DNA of 63,563 bases, filler included, from Octopus bimaculoides (GCF_001194135.2; 4 parts of 3 records of this genome joined end to end with filler, not necessarily neighbours in it); one strand, 5' to 3'. Counted from the whole stretch's first letter, positions 36,995 to 50,499 are shown. Notes: generated from the sequence alone by a model not told the origin. Numbers and translations are program-made.

Positions 36995-37057
36995 TATCAT
37001 CATCATCACCACCACCATCATCATCACCGTCATCATCATCATCACCATCACCACCAC
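36857..37057. repeat. (CAT)n/(CAC)n tract
   Basis: Directly visible; source of the poly-H/S/M ORFs. Confidence 0.9.
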
Positions 37058-37059
37058 AG

Positions 37060-37200
37060 CATTGGTAGATAGAATTTCTTTATTTGTGTATTAAGCCTGC
37101 CACTGGTTTCATGTTAAGAAAAATAGGAAAATAGAATATCTTAACAATTTTTCGAGCTCATTACATAAAGGAATGGTGTTTGCCTCCATTTTGGATAAAC
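37060..37200 (+). repeat. Unclassified interspersed repeat (second copy at 49452-49600)
   Basis: gcattggtagatagaattt...aatatcttaacaattttt...aggaatggtgtttgcc.ccattttggataaa shared by both copies. Confidence 0.75.
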
Positions 37201-37519
37201 ACACACACACACACAGACATACAGATATATAAATAGATTTAATGGATGAGAGAAACATCTTTTAAAGTGATAGTGCACTCGTGAATAACAGATAGACAGA
37301 GAGAAATGAAACAAATTCACCATTTATATTATTCATAGAATGACTGTTCTGTTCTTGCATTCTGTTGTAATAAACACTAGTTGGACTTCTAACAGAGATT
37401 TGCCCAAATAACATTGAAGCATATTGAATTGACAAAATCAATTTTCGTTCATAGAAAATACAAATTAAAAAACAATTTCTGGTATTTATGTGAGTGCATA
37501 ATCAAGTTCCAATATTTGC

Positions 37520-37680
37520 ATACATAGGTAAGTGATTCCTGTGTGGTTAAGAATTTTATTTCACAACCAATTTGTTTCAGGTTGAATTTCACTACCCAAC
37601 ACTTTGGTCAAGTGAGTTCTACTACTGCTCCAGGCAAACCAATCCCTTGGGAGTGAATTTTGTTGATGGAAATTGTATTC
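37520..37680 (+). mobile_element. SINE family A, decayed 5' half
   Basis: ctgtgtggttaagaattttatttcacaacca...ggtcaagtg.gttctactactgctccaggcaaacc. Confidence 0.55.
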
Positions 37681-37699
37681 TATCTATCACACACCCATG

Positions 37700-38225
37700 C
37701 ACCCATGCAAGAATTCTTTTTGCTTTCCCTTTGCCATGGTATTTGAGAGTTCCAGCTTTAGATTTTGGTTAATTCACAACTTTTATTGTTTCTTCTTTTC
37801 CATCAAAATTCTCAAGTGTTACAATCTTTTTCCTTGTATTTTTCCTCTTCCTTGAAAACAGGAAACAGTTTTTTGTTTTCCTCATGCTTTGTGGCATTTT
37901 GCAACAGTTTTCTTTGGTTTTAAGTTAGACATTTCTGTAAACGTTTGGTGGTTATTTTAAAGCAGATTTCTCGGTGTATAAGGCCTCTAACTCCTTCAAT
38001 TCTATATCAGATTTTGGGTGGTGTATTCGAAATTCTGTCATTATTTTTCTTGTTTTCTTGTCTAGATTGGTTGCTTCATTTAGTTTCCAATTATGAATAT
38101 TGTAATTGTAACTTATAACGGAGATGGCTGCAGCAGTGATACCTGTCATCTTCCTCATCTTCTCATTTGGTTGTGTTTGTAGTACCATGTCTCAGTCATC
38201 GATTCCTAAGTATTCGTACCTTTAT

Positions 38226-38226
<1 letters not shown>
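37700..38226 (-). pseudogene. R4/Dong-like RT C-terminal fragment, internally deleted
   Basis: YEYLGID...AISVISYNYNIHNWKLNEATNLDKKTRKIMTEFRIHHPKSDIE...LKLELSNTMAK...LHG; same region as 8974-9715 but diverged; 5' flank is (AAC)n(AAG)n. Confidence 0.75.
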
Positions 38227-38258
<32 letters not shown>

Positions 38259-38263
38259 CTTCT

Positions 38264-38310
<47 letters not shown>

Positions 38311-39171
38311 TTCTTCTTCTTCTTCTTCTTCTTCTTCTTCTTCTTCTTCTTCTACTTCTTCTTCTTCTTCTTCTTCTTTTGCTTCTGCTTCTTCTTCTCA
38401 TTCTTCTTCTTCTTCTCTTCCTCTTCTTTCTTTATCTTATCATCATCACCACCAACACCACCACCGTCGTCTTCATTGTCATTGTCATCATCAACATACT
38501 CGTCACCATCACTGTCACCACCACCACCACCACCACCACCACCACCATCATCCTCATCATCATCATACAGAGTTAGTGAATACCTGTAAGGAATAAATGC
38601 ACTTCCAACTGGTTCCCTCGCCACCAATATTCTCTCTATCTTCCCTTCTTTTTCATCATTAAAGCAATTTACTTCCATCATAATAATTATTGACCCAGCT
38701 TCATTCATAAATATAAATTTATATTTTTAAGTAATCACAAAATTCCTATAACATACGTAGTTTTCCTTAAAAGGAATTTATCTTTTTCATATTTTCCAGT
38801 AAAACTGTTGACTGCAACTTCTATCATGCATTCGTAGATGTTTACATGCGTTAAGGTGCAGAGAGATGCAGCACAACGCAGAAAACGAACACACGCAGTC
38901 ACACATATCTATATACATACCTTTATATATATTTGTATCTACGTCTATATCTATATATCTATCTGCTTTTACACATACACATACACACATGCATTACACG
39001 TACTTACATAGCGATGCACATTAAATATATATTTGAATGTATATATACTGTTACATGTATTGAGTACTTTGTCTTCCTTCTGCTTCCCAAAACAATACAC
39101 ACACACTTACACACAAACATATACACACAGCAGTACACAACTACGCACACACATTTATATATGCACTTTAA

Positions 39172-39208
<37 letters not shown>

Positions 39209-39223
39209 GCACTTCTATATATG

Positions 39224-39254
<31 letters not shown>

Positions 39255-39259
39255 GCACT

Positions 39260-39339
<80 letters not shown>

Positions 39340-41096
39340 TATATATATATATACATGTATATATATATATTTATGTATGTATGTATGTATAATGTATATA
39401 TTTGTTGAATATATGCATGTGTGTGAATGCCTAGAAGTGTGTAATCACACTTAAAGAGTTTTATGCTTGTTCCTTTTGTCTTGGATATTGTATTATCAGC
39501 TGGTATTTGTCAGTGAATTACCAAGGCTGGTCATGAACAAGTCTAATTTCCATTATTATAAAACAAAGAGAAAGTAAAGAGAGTTGCAGCTACCTATATA
39601 TACTGCTAATGTGAATAGGAATTAACAATATGTGTGTATATGTAGAAGGGTATGTATATACATGTGTATATATACATATGGATATATATATGTATATATA
39701 TATGTATAAGTATGTATTAATCTATATATTTTGATGTACATTGTTATCTGTATGTGTGTGTATATATATATATATATATATACATACATACATTCACACA
39801 TACATAGACACACACACACACATATAACTTTCTATTTTTCATGATTTTCATGTAAAGTATTTGTTCCAACATCCTCGAGTGTGTCTCCTTTCAGTACCTC
39901 ATGCACGCAGACTTAACTTTAATAAAAGGATCGATGTGCATTTATATATATATATATATANNNNNNNNNNNNNNNNNNNNNNNNNNNNNNNNNNNNNNNN
40001 NNNNNNNNNNNNNNNNNNNNNNNNNNNNNNNNNNNNNNNNNNNNNNNNNNNNNNNNNNNNNNNNNNNNNNNNNNNNNNNNNNNNNNNNNNNNNNNNNNNN
40101 NNNNNNNNNNNNNNNNNNNNNNNNNNNNNNNNNNNNNNNNNNNNNNNNNNNNNNNNNNNNNNNNNNNNNNNNNNNNNNNNNNNNNNNNNNNNNNNNNNNN
40201 NNNNNNNNNNNNNNNNNNNNNNNNNNNNNNNNNNNNNNNNNNNNNNNNNNNNNNNNNNNNNNNNNNNNNNNNNNNNNNNNNNNNNNNNNNNNNNNNNNNN
40301 NNNNNNNNNNNNNNNNNNNNNNNNNNNNNNNNNNNNNNNNNNNNNNNNNNNNNNNNNNNNNNNNNNNNNNNNNNNNNNNNNNNNNNNNNNNNNNNNNNNN
40401 NNNNNNNNNNNNNNNNNNNNNNNNNNNNNNNNNNNNNNNNNNNNNNNNNNNNNNNNNNNNNNNNNNNNNNNNNNNNNNNNNNNNNNNNNNNNNNNNNNNN
40501 NNNNNNNNNNNNNNNNNNNNNNNNNNNNNNNNNNNNNNNNNNNNNNNNNNNNNNNNNNNNNNNNNNNNNNNNNNNNNNNNNNNNNNNNNNNNNNNNNNNN
40601 NNNNNNNNNNNNNNNNNNNNNNNNNNNNNNNNNNNNNNNNNNNNNNNNNNNNNNNNNNNNNNNNNNNNNNNNNNNNNNNNNNNNNNNNNNNNNNNNNNNN
40701 NNNNNNNNNNNNNNNNNNNNNNNNNNNNNNNNNNNNNNNNNNNNNNNNNNNNNNNNNNNNNNNNNNNNNNNNNNNNNNNNNNNNNNNNNNNNNNNNNNNN
40801 NNNNNNNNNNNNNNNNNNNNNNNNNNNNNNNNNNNNNNNNNNNNNNNTATATACATACACATATATATACTCTATGCTATATATGTCCGCATAACAAGAT
40901 ATGTGTTAATATATTCTTATATATTGTTTTTGTTTCCTTGTCTAGAAAGAGAATAAGGCAATTACATAAGGAGCAGTTCAGGAAAACGAGTCAATGTATA
41001 TAGAATATATATACGCTTGATTCTATTGTTACTGCTGTCTGTCTACGAATATAGGCATGTTTGTAGAACACAGTGTATCAAATCATAATATCCAAT

Positions 41097-41140
<44 letters not shown>

Positions 41141-41209
41141 ACACACAGAGGCAAACACATGCATGGATACACATACACATAAAATATCTGCATACATCTT
41201 TACATAGGT

Positions 41210-41253
<44 letters not shown>

Positions 41254-41412
41254 TGCAGATTTCTGGCTAGGTTTTTGAAGGATTCTTATGATTATTCTCT
41301 CCTTGGAAATACAATATATATATATATATAAATACACAGATATATAAATATGTGATATATAAATATATATATGATAGATACATACATACATATATATGTA
41401 TGTATATATATT

Positions 41413-41456
<44 letters not shown>

Positions 41457-41556
41457 NNNNNNNNNNNNNNNNNNNNNNNNNNNNNNNNNNNNNNNNNNNN
41501 TTAATTAATTAANNNNNNNNNNNNNNNNNNNNNNNNNNNNNNNNNNNNNNNNNNNN
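41457..41556. other. Artificial scaffold-join spacer
   Basis: N44-TTAATTAATTAA-N44. Confidence 0.95.
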
Positions 41557-41741
41557 ACCAACAAACTAACCAACCAGCCAACCAGCCAACCAACAAACAA
41601 CAGCGCTTTTATCTACGATATGCTGTGAGAGAAATTTCCTGCTAATTTCGTGAGGTTGAACGACCACATAGAGGTTCTTTTGTAAGTACCTGTGAGAGAT
41701 AACAGTTTTGAATGGGTAAAACAATACACGCCGCACGCGTG

Positions 41742-41795
<54 letters not shown>

Positions 41796-42568
41796 TGGTG
41801 TGAACTTCTGCTGTAAGGCAAGTTTATCCTCTGTTCTGTCGTTTCTGCCCAACTGATTGCCCTTCTGTTGTTTTGTTTCAATTCTGTATTGTATGCTATA
41901 TTTAGACCACTGTATTTACGTTAGATATATAACAGTAAAAGAAAAGCATTATGCTATATATAAAAGTATATTTAGCGTTATATACACTCGCACTCACAAA
42001 TACATTGTATGTCTATGTTATGTGAGTGTATAAACAGCAATTAATAACTAATTAATAAAGTTATTTCTATTTATGGAGACAGTAGTTTCGTCTGAACAAT
42101 AATTAAGCCACATGAAATATCTGGCTGCTAATTTTTACGCGAAAAACAATTTGAACAATTCAAAGTCGAGTGCTTTAACTAGATTTGTGAAGTGGATAGG
42201 TTTCACTTGACTTCTGAAGCAACGAAACATATATAATAATGTGTGTGATAAGAACTTTTGTAGATGATAATATAGAAGAAATATGACAGCGTCAATATAT
42301 TGTTTTAAACTACCATCTTACGCATCGCGAGTTCAGATGTACTTTATCAGTTCCATCTAACAAAATACTGGATTCTTTTTTCTTGGTAAGCCTGAATGCC
42401 TATCATTTAAGAGTAAAAAAGTCAATTCTTTCACGAATCACAAATATTTACGAAGCTGGTGTTTAAATACTAGTTACTGCAGCGCTAGATAATTAAGAAA
42501 CAAAAGCTCCCTTGGATAGAAAAGCAGTTTAGCTTATCAGAAGCCAGTTTTCGAGAATAAACTGGTAC

Positions 42569-42731
42569 CAGTGGCATAGTTAGAATGCGTGCCGCCCGAG
42601 GGAGGCCTTCAGTTTGCAACCAGCAACCCTACCCGGGCCCCAAGCTTAAACAATCTCATATTGCAGACCTAAAAGTGCCGCACCCATCTAAGCGCGGCTC
42701 GAGAAGGGCTCCACCTCCAGTTGCGCTACTG
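42569..42731. mobile_element. GC-rich hAT-like MITE
   Basis: Imperfect TIRs CAGTGGCATAG / TTGCGCTACTG; flanking 8-mers ACTGGTAC and CTTGGCAC match 5/8. Confidence 0.5.
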
Positions 42732-43574
42732 CTTGGCACCTATTTCCAACATTTAGGTGAAGTATTGATAGATATTTAGTATTATTAACTAATTAAAATC
42801 GTGCCGAGTTAGTCCATTAGGTTCTTTCGCTATAGTTTAAGGAGGAGAGAAACGACAAGTTATCTCATGCGGGTCTTCTCAAAAATTCTGGAGAGTTTTG
42901 TGAAATGAAATAGTCCCAAGCAAATGTCTCCTTGTCCAACAGCGTCTTCCATATCGTTTTACCTAATTGCTCACCTTGCTTAGCCGCAGGGCCTCTGAGA
43001 GAAATTTAGTAAGCTATGAAAACACATCATACATTTTATATAGTTGAAGCTATTCTTCCTATAGATCATCGATTTACATATAGATAGTTCCAACAATTCC
43101 CAAGTTTGGTGTACCACAAGAATCGGTTTTCTTTCCTCCACACTTCCGCCTCTGCTGTCACCTCCAGCCATACCCACTCCTAACATACATGATACCACTC
43201 CTCATTCCACCTTAATCTTCTGCACCCAAGCATTATACAAACCCAGATGTTCCAAGACAACCATTACTCATTCATAAACAGAAACCTCAAGAACATTCCT
43301 TTGTGGATCCATGCTAACAGCACAGACCCCAATCAATACGAAAATAAATATTGTACTCTCTCCTCCAGAGTTTGAACAGCTGGCAACTGGAACCTCTAGT
43401 GTCGCTTCAAATCCCTGGCCCCACAATAACTGTGAATTTCACCTTACGAATGCACATCGCCACAAACACCGTCGTTCCTCCTTTAAGATCCCCGGTTCCC
43501 GTTTTCCATGAAGCATATATTTTCCCCCCTTAGTTGGGACGCTGGTCCGTCGCAGGAACACTCGTTTTTTTTTT

Positions 43575-43715
43575 TTTTGCCAGCTGAGTGGATTGGAGCA
43601 ACGTGAAATGGAGTGTTTTACTCAAGACCACAATGCGTCGCTCAGACCGGGAATCAAAATCACAACCATACGATCAGGATTCCAACATCATTAACCACTA
43701 AGCTACGCGGCTCCA
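43575..43715 (-). mobile_element. SINE family D (tRNA-like head)
   Basis: Minus strand: gagccgcgtagcttagtggttaatgatgttggaatcctgatcgtatggttgtgattttgattcccgg...cttgagtaaaacactccatttcacgttgctccaatccactcagctggcaaaa; A-box-like TAGCTTAGTGG. Confidence 0.8.
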
Positions 43716-44255
43716 CCTAATACACTCGCCTCCATTTTGCTCGTTGTGATAACGATTCTGCCAGCGCACCATTTTAACTCTACATAATAATAATTCATCT
43801 AATGTATATGTGGGTTAGACTATCACATATATTGTTTACATGAAATTATGGGATATTGCAGTCATCACTTCTGGTTTTGATCTCAATTTACTTTCATTTT
43901 TTTTAGAACGATTTACTTTGACTTTTTTTTTCTGCGACAGTAAACTGCATGCTAATCAACAAACTCCATCTGTGATAAACAGCAAATGAAAGCATCGGGC
44001 GATTTACTATTGTTCCATAGCTTTCGGTTGAGGTCATGGAAAATGTAAACAAAATAGTTTGATGCAGTTCAAATATTTTCCGTCAGAAGTGAAAACAAAA
44101 CAGTCCATAAACTGACAGATGGCTCCCCCCTCTCTCTCTCTCTTTCTATCTAACTATGTATCTATCTACCTATCTCTCTCTCTCTCTCTATCTCTCTATA
44201 TATCTATCTATCTACCTACATATCTATTTATCTACCTATCTACCTATCTATCTAC

Positions 44256-44300
<45 letters not shown>

Positions 44301-44360
44301 CATCTATCTACACACAGGCACAGGTACACACACACACACAGAGACAAACACACAGACACA

Positions 44361-44401
<41 letters not shown>

Positions 44402-45000
44402 ACACACACACACACCATTCATTCTATTTACCTAGTTAGCTAGCTTGCAAGCTAACAAACTATCCAGCTACCTATCTGCAAATTTACACACGTTAACTAT
44501 GCAAACTTGCCGACGTGGAGAAGGGCGACACTTTCAATGTATAACATTCTCATTCCACGAAATATATATATATATATATATACATATTCGTATACATACG
44601 TATATATATACATGTGTGTGTGTATGTGTGGTTCAAAACTGTACAAAAAATGTTTATATATATATATATATATATAAAACTTTTTACTTACACGTACATA
44701 CACACACATACTCACACACTCACACACAATAAACTTTGTATAAACTTTATACGAAACACTCTGATCACGTGGTAGAGGTAGTGAGAAGGGTGAACAGGTG
44801 AGAGAGGAGGGAAGGAGGAAGGGATATAGATAGGTTGATAGAGAAACTAGGATAGCAAGACAAACTTTACCTGCTGATACATAAGCTGAGTCACGGAGCA
44901 CTGGCTATAATGTTGAACGCGCCCTGGATTATTTGTTTCTACATAGTTATACACACGCGCGGCGCACACTCACACACACATACGCACATACACACACACA

Positions 45001-45035
<35 letters not shown>

Positions 45036-45294
45036 CGGCCGTACGCACATTCTCATAAATTTTGTGTGTGTGTGTGTGTGTGTCTATGTGTGTGTGTGTG
45101 TGTGTGTGCGTGCATGTGCGTGTGTGTGCATGTGCGTGTGTGAGCGCGTGTCTGTGCGTCTGTGTGTGTACTACAAGGAGAAAGTTGACACTGTCTTAGA
45201 AATTTCACCAATCGTTCACAGAGTTCCACGAGGCCAATGAACGGCGGGACTTCGAAGTTACAGACAACATTTTCTTCGTAAATTACGATAATCT

Positions 45295-45447
45295 ACTTAA
45301 ATTCATTGAATGATATATCTGGGATCAGTCCCACAGCATGGCTGTGTTGTACCTCGAGCAAGTGACTTCCATTATAGCCCCAGGGAGCTAAACAAAGCCT
45401 TGTAAGTGGATTCGGTAAACCGAAACTGAAAGAAGCCCGTCGTATAT
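45295..45447 (-). mobile_element. SINE family A, 5' half
   Basis: aaagccttgtaagtggattcggtaaaccgaaactgaaagaagcccgtcgtatata reads as the family A block on the plus strand, so orientation within this mosaic copy is uncertain. Confidence 0.5.
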
Positions 45448-45480
<33 letters not shown>

Positions 45481-45914
45481 NNNNNNNNNNNNNNNNNNNN
45501 NNNNNNNNNNNNNNNNNNNNNNNNNNNNNNNNNNNNNNNNNNNNNNNNNNNNNNNNNNNNNNNNNNNNNNNNNNNNNNNNNNNNNNNNNNNNNNNNNNNN
45601 NNNNNNNNNNNNNNNNNNNNNNNNNNNNNNNNNNNNNNNNNNNNNNNNNNNNNNNNNNNNNNNNNNNNNNNNNNNNNNNNNNNNNNNNNNNNNNNNNNNN
45701 NNNNNNNNNNNNNNNNNNNNNNNNNNNNNNNNNNNNNNNNNNNNNNNNNNNNNNNNNNNNNNNNNNNNNNNNNNNNNNNNNNNNNNNNNNNNNNNNNNAT
45801 ATATATATATATATATATATAAATATACAAAGGATATATAAGCATATGTATGTGTACACACATATATGTACATACCTACATCTACATGTGTATATAGATG
45901 CATATTCGGGTACA

Positions 45915-46270
45915 GGACGTTAGAAAATTGAACTACAGACAACGGAACGAACACATAGGAAAACAAACAAGCCATTTGTGGAATTATTCCTTCATCAGCT
46001 GCCTCTATTCTAAACTAGGCGTTTCGAAGATAAGGCAGGACGCACTCTTAGAATAGTTTCTTCCTGAGTAGTGGATCAACCCACTAAACAGAGGATTCCA
46101 AGGTAGCAAACACAAACCAAGACAGGAAAAAATGGACAGTGAAACCAACATTAAAAAGCCGTGGGGCCAAACGCGATGGGATATTGAACGCTAGTGATAT
46201 GACGAAGCTGGACGGAGAAAAAGTAGGTTCGTCTCGCCTTCATGGTGGCTGGAGTGAGAAAGAGAGAAGT
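45915..46270 (-). repeat. Interspersed repeat carrying a permuted hammerhead-like motif
   Basis: Homologous to 58369-58481 (ggacgt..aaaa start; ttcc.ttcatcag.tg.c.ct.t....gcgtttcgaa block). Confidence 0.6.
45984..46043 (-). ncRNA. Candidate non-circularly permuted hammerhead ribozyme
   Basis: GCGU-C | CUGCCU | UAUCUUC-GAAA-CGC | 14-nt linker | AGGCAG-CUGAUGA-A-GGAAUA: all core nucleotides present, stem I 6 bp, stem III 4 bp, stem II about 6 bp with one bulge. Confidence 0.5.
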
Positions 46271-46369
46271 GACCACAAGTCACATGTGAGCAGAGAGGAG
46301 TGGTAGAGGGAGGAAGTGGAACAAAGGTGAGAGACAGGGAGGAAGAGAGATATGTGCGTGTGTGTCTGT

Positions 46370-46590
46370 CTGTGTTTGTCTGTCTGTCCGTTTGTCTATG
46401 TCTCTGTGTTTGTTCCCCACTACTGCTTGACAACCGGTGTTGGTGCGGTTATGGAACTTAGCGGTTTGGTAAATGAGACCAATACAATAACTACAAGACA
46501 TTAAAACAGAAATAAACACGGGTCGATTCGTTCGGCAAAAATTCTTCAGGGCAGTGCTCCAGTATGGCCGAAGTCTTGCGACTGAAAAAA
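46370..46590 (+). mobile_element. SINE family A, 3' half
   Basis: tgtgtttgttccccactactgcttgacaaccggtgttgg...cttagcggtttgg...gtgctccagtatggccg. Confidence 0.75.
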
Positions 46591-46865
46591 AATAAATGAT
46601 AAATCAAAATTAACCACACACATAATTATTTACATGAAATAGTTTAAGTGCAATGGGGTTAGAAACGGAGTGATTCTGAAGTTTATCATTTAAGTGTATA
46701 CGAGCATGTCTAGACATGCAACCATATGCATGAGAATACATACATAAAACAAAACATACAAATCTACACACCTACATACAAACATACATACATACATACA
46801 TACATACATACGTACGTACGTACGTACGTACATACATGCATACGTACGCACGTACGTACGTACAT

Positions 46866-46975
46866 ACCCTATTGATGTTGGAATTCCTATGAAGGCGCTT
46901 TGGATCTAGATTAGAAACCGGCTCTTTCTCTACTGACATGAAATCTTGAAATGAAACTGAATAATAACATACATA
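46866..46975 (+). mobile_element. 3' UTR-only insertion of the CATA-associated RLE LINE family
   Basis: ttgatgttggaattcctatgaagg...gaaaccggctctttctcta...aaatcttgaaat; matches the UTR at 53085-53175; (CATA)n on both sides. Confidence 0.75.
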
Positions 46976-47589
46976 CATAATGATTGCCTCATCTTGTGAG
47001 ATGATAGCCATCTCACGGGTGAGACATCTGTAGGTCACTGGATTTAAGTGATAAATGCCCGTACAACACTTTTGACATTTTTCTCGGTCACCATAGTGAG
47101 TTGCAGTGACAAGCCTTGCAAAATGACTGTTACTATATTGACTGAAAGTTTTTTTTTCGTCAGAGTATGTTTCTCTTAGAAGAGCTGTTTTCCCACAACT
47201 TTCTCAAAAATAACGGAATCCTCCCCTACCCATCTGAAATCTATTTAACCTTTACAGTATTACCTGTCAGGTACAATCGTTGCGTGCCAGAATGAACCTG
47301 AGAGAATTAAGCTGGTTTGAGTTCCCGTATTCTTTGTGCATGTAGATAAATGAAGAACGAGAAAACCAAGTTGGATTAAATGCGACGGTTTATTCAACCC
47401 GTTAAAGAGCATTAACACGGCAAAATTATTGAAATACGTCTTGAACGATACTGTCAGAAAATATACGTTTGGGTTTCTTACGCAGTTGGTGCTTGATGAT
47501 GTATGCAGTGTAGAAAAGGAAAACAAATACGTGACATGGCTTCTGCTGGAAGACAGGAACAGACGTAACGCGTCAAAGTTTACATGAGG

Positions 47590-47766
47590 CTAACTGCGAA
47601 ATAAAACTCTTCTCTGTCGAGATCCGAACTCGACCGTGCATCCCTGCTCACTGAAGAATAGCGGGAAGATTTCTTTTTTTAAAGCTGATGGTAGGCTCCA
47701 GCGAATAGGCATAATTTGTTCGCACTCGACTGGTCTGTCAAGTGATGAGTTGGAATAGCCCTTGTA
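47590..47766 (-). mobile_element. Tc1/mariner-like terminal fragment
   Basis: Minus strand begins TA|CAAGGGCTATTCC, like mariner TA|CGAGGG.T.TTC ends; partner end not found. Confidence 0.45.
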
Positions 47767-48888
47767 TGTGTGTATGTATGTATATATGTATGTATGTATG
47801 CATGCATGTATGTATGTATGCATGTATGTATATATGTGTGCTTGTATGTATGCATGTATGTATGTAATGTATGTATGTGATGCATGCATGTATGTATGTC
47901 TATATGAATGCATCTATGTATATATATATGTATGTATGAATGCATGCATGTATGTATGTATGCATATATGCATGTATGTATGAATGCATGTATGTATGTA
48001 TATATATATGTATATATATATGTATGCATGCATGCATGNNNNNNNNNNTGTATGTATGCATGCATGTATGTATGTATGCATGTATGTATATATGTGTGCT
48101 TGTATGTATGCATGTATGTATGTAATGTATGTATGTGATGCATGCATGTATGTATGTCTATATGAATGCATCTATGTATATATATATGTATGTATGAATG
48201 CATGCATGTATGTATGTATGCATATATGCATGTATGTATGAATGCATGTATGTATGTATATATATATGTATATATATATGTATGCATGCATGCATGAATG
48301 AATGCATGTATGTATGCATGTATGAATGTATGTATACATGTACGTACGAATGTACGTATGTATGCACGTAGGGGCGTACGTACGTACTTATGTATGCATT
48401 AATTAAACATTTAGATGACCCAAGTCGCAGCAATGTACTCCACAATATTCTGTTTAAAGTAACATATTGAGACATCTGTGGAAGATAAAAATGGTGAGAA
48501 TAATGACAATAAATCAATCTATATCAGTTTTAATCCCGACATACTAGCAGAGATACAGATCTCGTCTAGTCTGAGTGGAACAATAACGCAAAGTTATAAA
48601 GTAACACGGGCTCTTGCAGAGCTTGCGAAGATTCAAGTTTGATAATAAGACAGCAAAATTTATAGAGAAACATAATAGGCTTCATGTTACATCTTTTAGA
48701 AAAGTAGCTTACTTAAATGTGTTTGTCGGAAACATACATGCATACATACATACATACATACATACATACATACATACATACATACATACATACATGTGTG
48801 TGTACGTGTATGCATATATATATATATATACACACACACACGCACTCATGTATGTATATATGCATGTATACATACATACATACATACA

Positions 48889-48924
<36 letters not shown>

Positions 48925-49379
48925 TATATATANNNNNNNNNNNNNNNNNNNNNNNNNNNNNNNNNNNNNNNNNNNNNNNNNNNNNNNNNNNNNNNNNNNN
49001 NNNNNNNNNNNNNNNNNNNNNNNNNNNNNNNNNNNNNNNNNNNNNNNNNNNNNNNNNNNNNNNNNNNNNNNNNNNNNNNNNNNNNNNNNNNNNNNNNNNN
49101 NNNNNNNNNNNNNNNNNNNNNNNNNNNNNNNNNNNNNNNNNNNNNNNNNNNNNNNNNNNNNNNNNNNNNNNNNNNNNNNNNNNNNNNNNNNNNNNNNNNN
49201 NNNNNNNNNNNNNNNNNNNNNNNNNNNNNNNNNNNNNNNNNNNNNNNNNNNNNNNNNNNNNNNNNNNNNNNNNNNNNNNNNNNNNNNNNNNNNNNNNNNN
49301 NNNNNNNNNNNNNNNNNNNNNNNNNNNNNNNNNNNNNNNNNNNNNNNNNNNNNNNNNNNNNNNNNNNNNNNNNNNNNNN

Positions 49380-49416
<37 letters not shown>

Positions 49417-50499
49417 GTAAATGTCGAACGACGAAAATGAGTGCTCAACACCGCATTGGTAGATAGAATTTCCTTATCTGCGTATTAAGGCTACCATTGG
49501 ATTGGTTCCATGTATGAAAAATGTCCTAATATCTTAACAATTTTCCAAGCTGATCACATGGAGGAATGGTGTTTGCCCCCATTTTGGATAAAAACACAAA
49601 GTCTCGTTGAATTCTCAGAGATTCTCATAAAGAAAACATTAAGTCAAGTGGCGCTACTCCTGGATGACATCTTTTGGGTGGTTACCCCACTTGGACTTGA
49701 CTTATGGTGCCCGTCAATTCAGAAAGATCCGTAAACTTAAACTGCATCCAGAAGTAGGGCCTTGATACAGAAGTTCTAGGGTTTTGAGGAGTGTGAAACC
49801 ACCTCTTAGCAACAATTGTTCCAGGTTTACTTTGACCCGCAATAATAACACCTATTAAGACCCCAATTATAGTTTAATAAGTATGAAAACCACTAAGCGT
49901 GGAAGACCCTTAATTCTCGTTGGAACTTCTTCTAAGAGAAGACAAGGTAAACTCGAAAAAGAAAAAAAAAGAAAACCCCAACTGCAGTTGGTTTCTGGTC
50001 GTTAATATATGCTTTATAATCTAGTGAAATATAGAGAGCAGAGGAAATCATTTGCCCATTCACATAAATATCTTACCTATTTACAACATCTGAAAATTGT
50101 AGTCGATAAATAGCCGACTCTATTGTGTTCTACTTTGAAGGATATACAGCTGGGCACAAAAGTGACAGATGGCCTCGTCTTGTCGAGAGGAGAGCTAAGA
50201 AGTATGACGAAAATTCTTTTACGTTTCGATTTATTTAGACAAAATGGCCGACAAAACATCGGGTTCTTGTTGATCTAAATAAAAACTGAGAAATTAAACG
50301 GTCGCCTTTTCAGAAAGGATCCTCGACACATTTTTTAGTGTGATCGTCGTTTTTCTTTAATATCAGTATTGTATTATGTAAGGAAGATAAGCTGTATCAG
50401 AAAATTTATCTATTGCATAATATTATAATAAACGATATAGTTTCACAGATGCTTTGTATATAAAAATATTATTTGCAAAAGGTTAATTTTATTTTTAAT

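Noticed and set aside
36755-37072. Poly-H/M/S, HT, YI, VC and LS low-complexity ORFs throughout the window
   Set aside because: Direct translations of microsatellites, open on several frames and both strands
39861-41003. Longest ORFs in the track (also 24477-25406, 48614-49466, 51824-53081, 59000-60037, 60359-61352)
   Set aside because: They stay open only because N runs translate as X; the flanks are (TA)n/(CA)n repeats
42900-43500. Possible LINE endonuclease remnant on the minus strand (RRLRWNESGIM)
   Set aside because: Similarity too weak and fragmentary to support by eye; needs BLASTx
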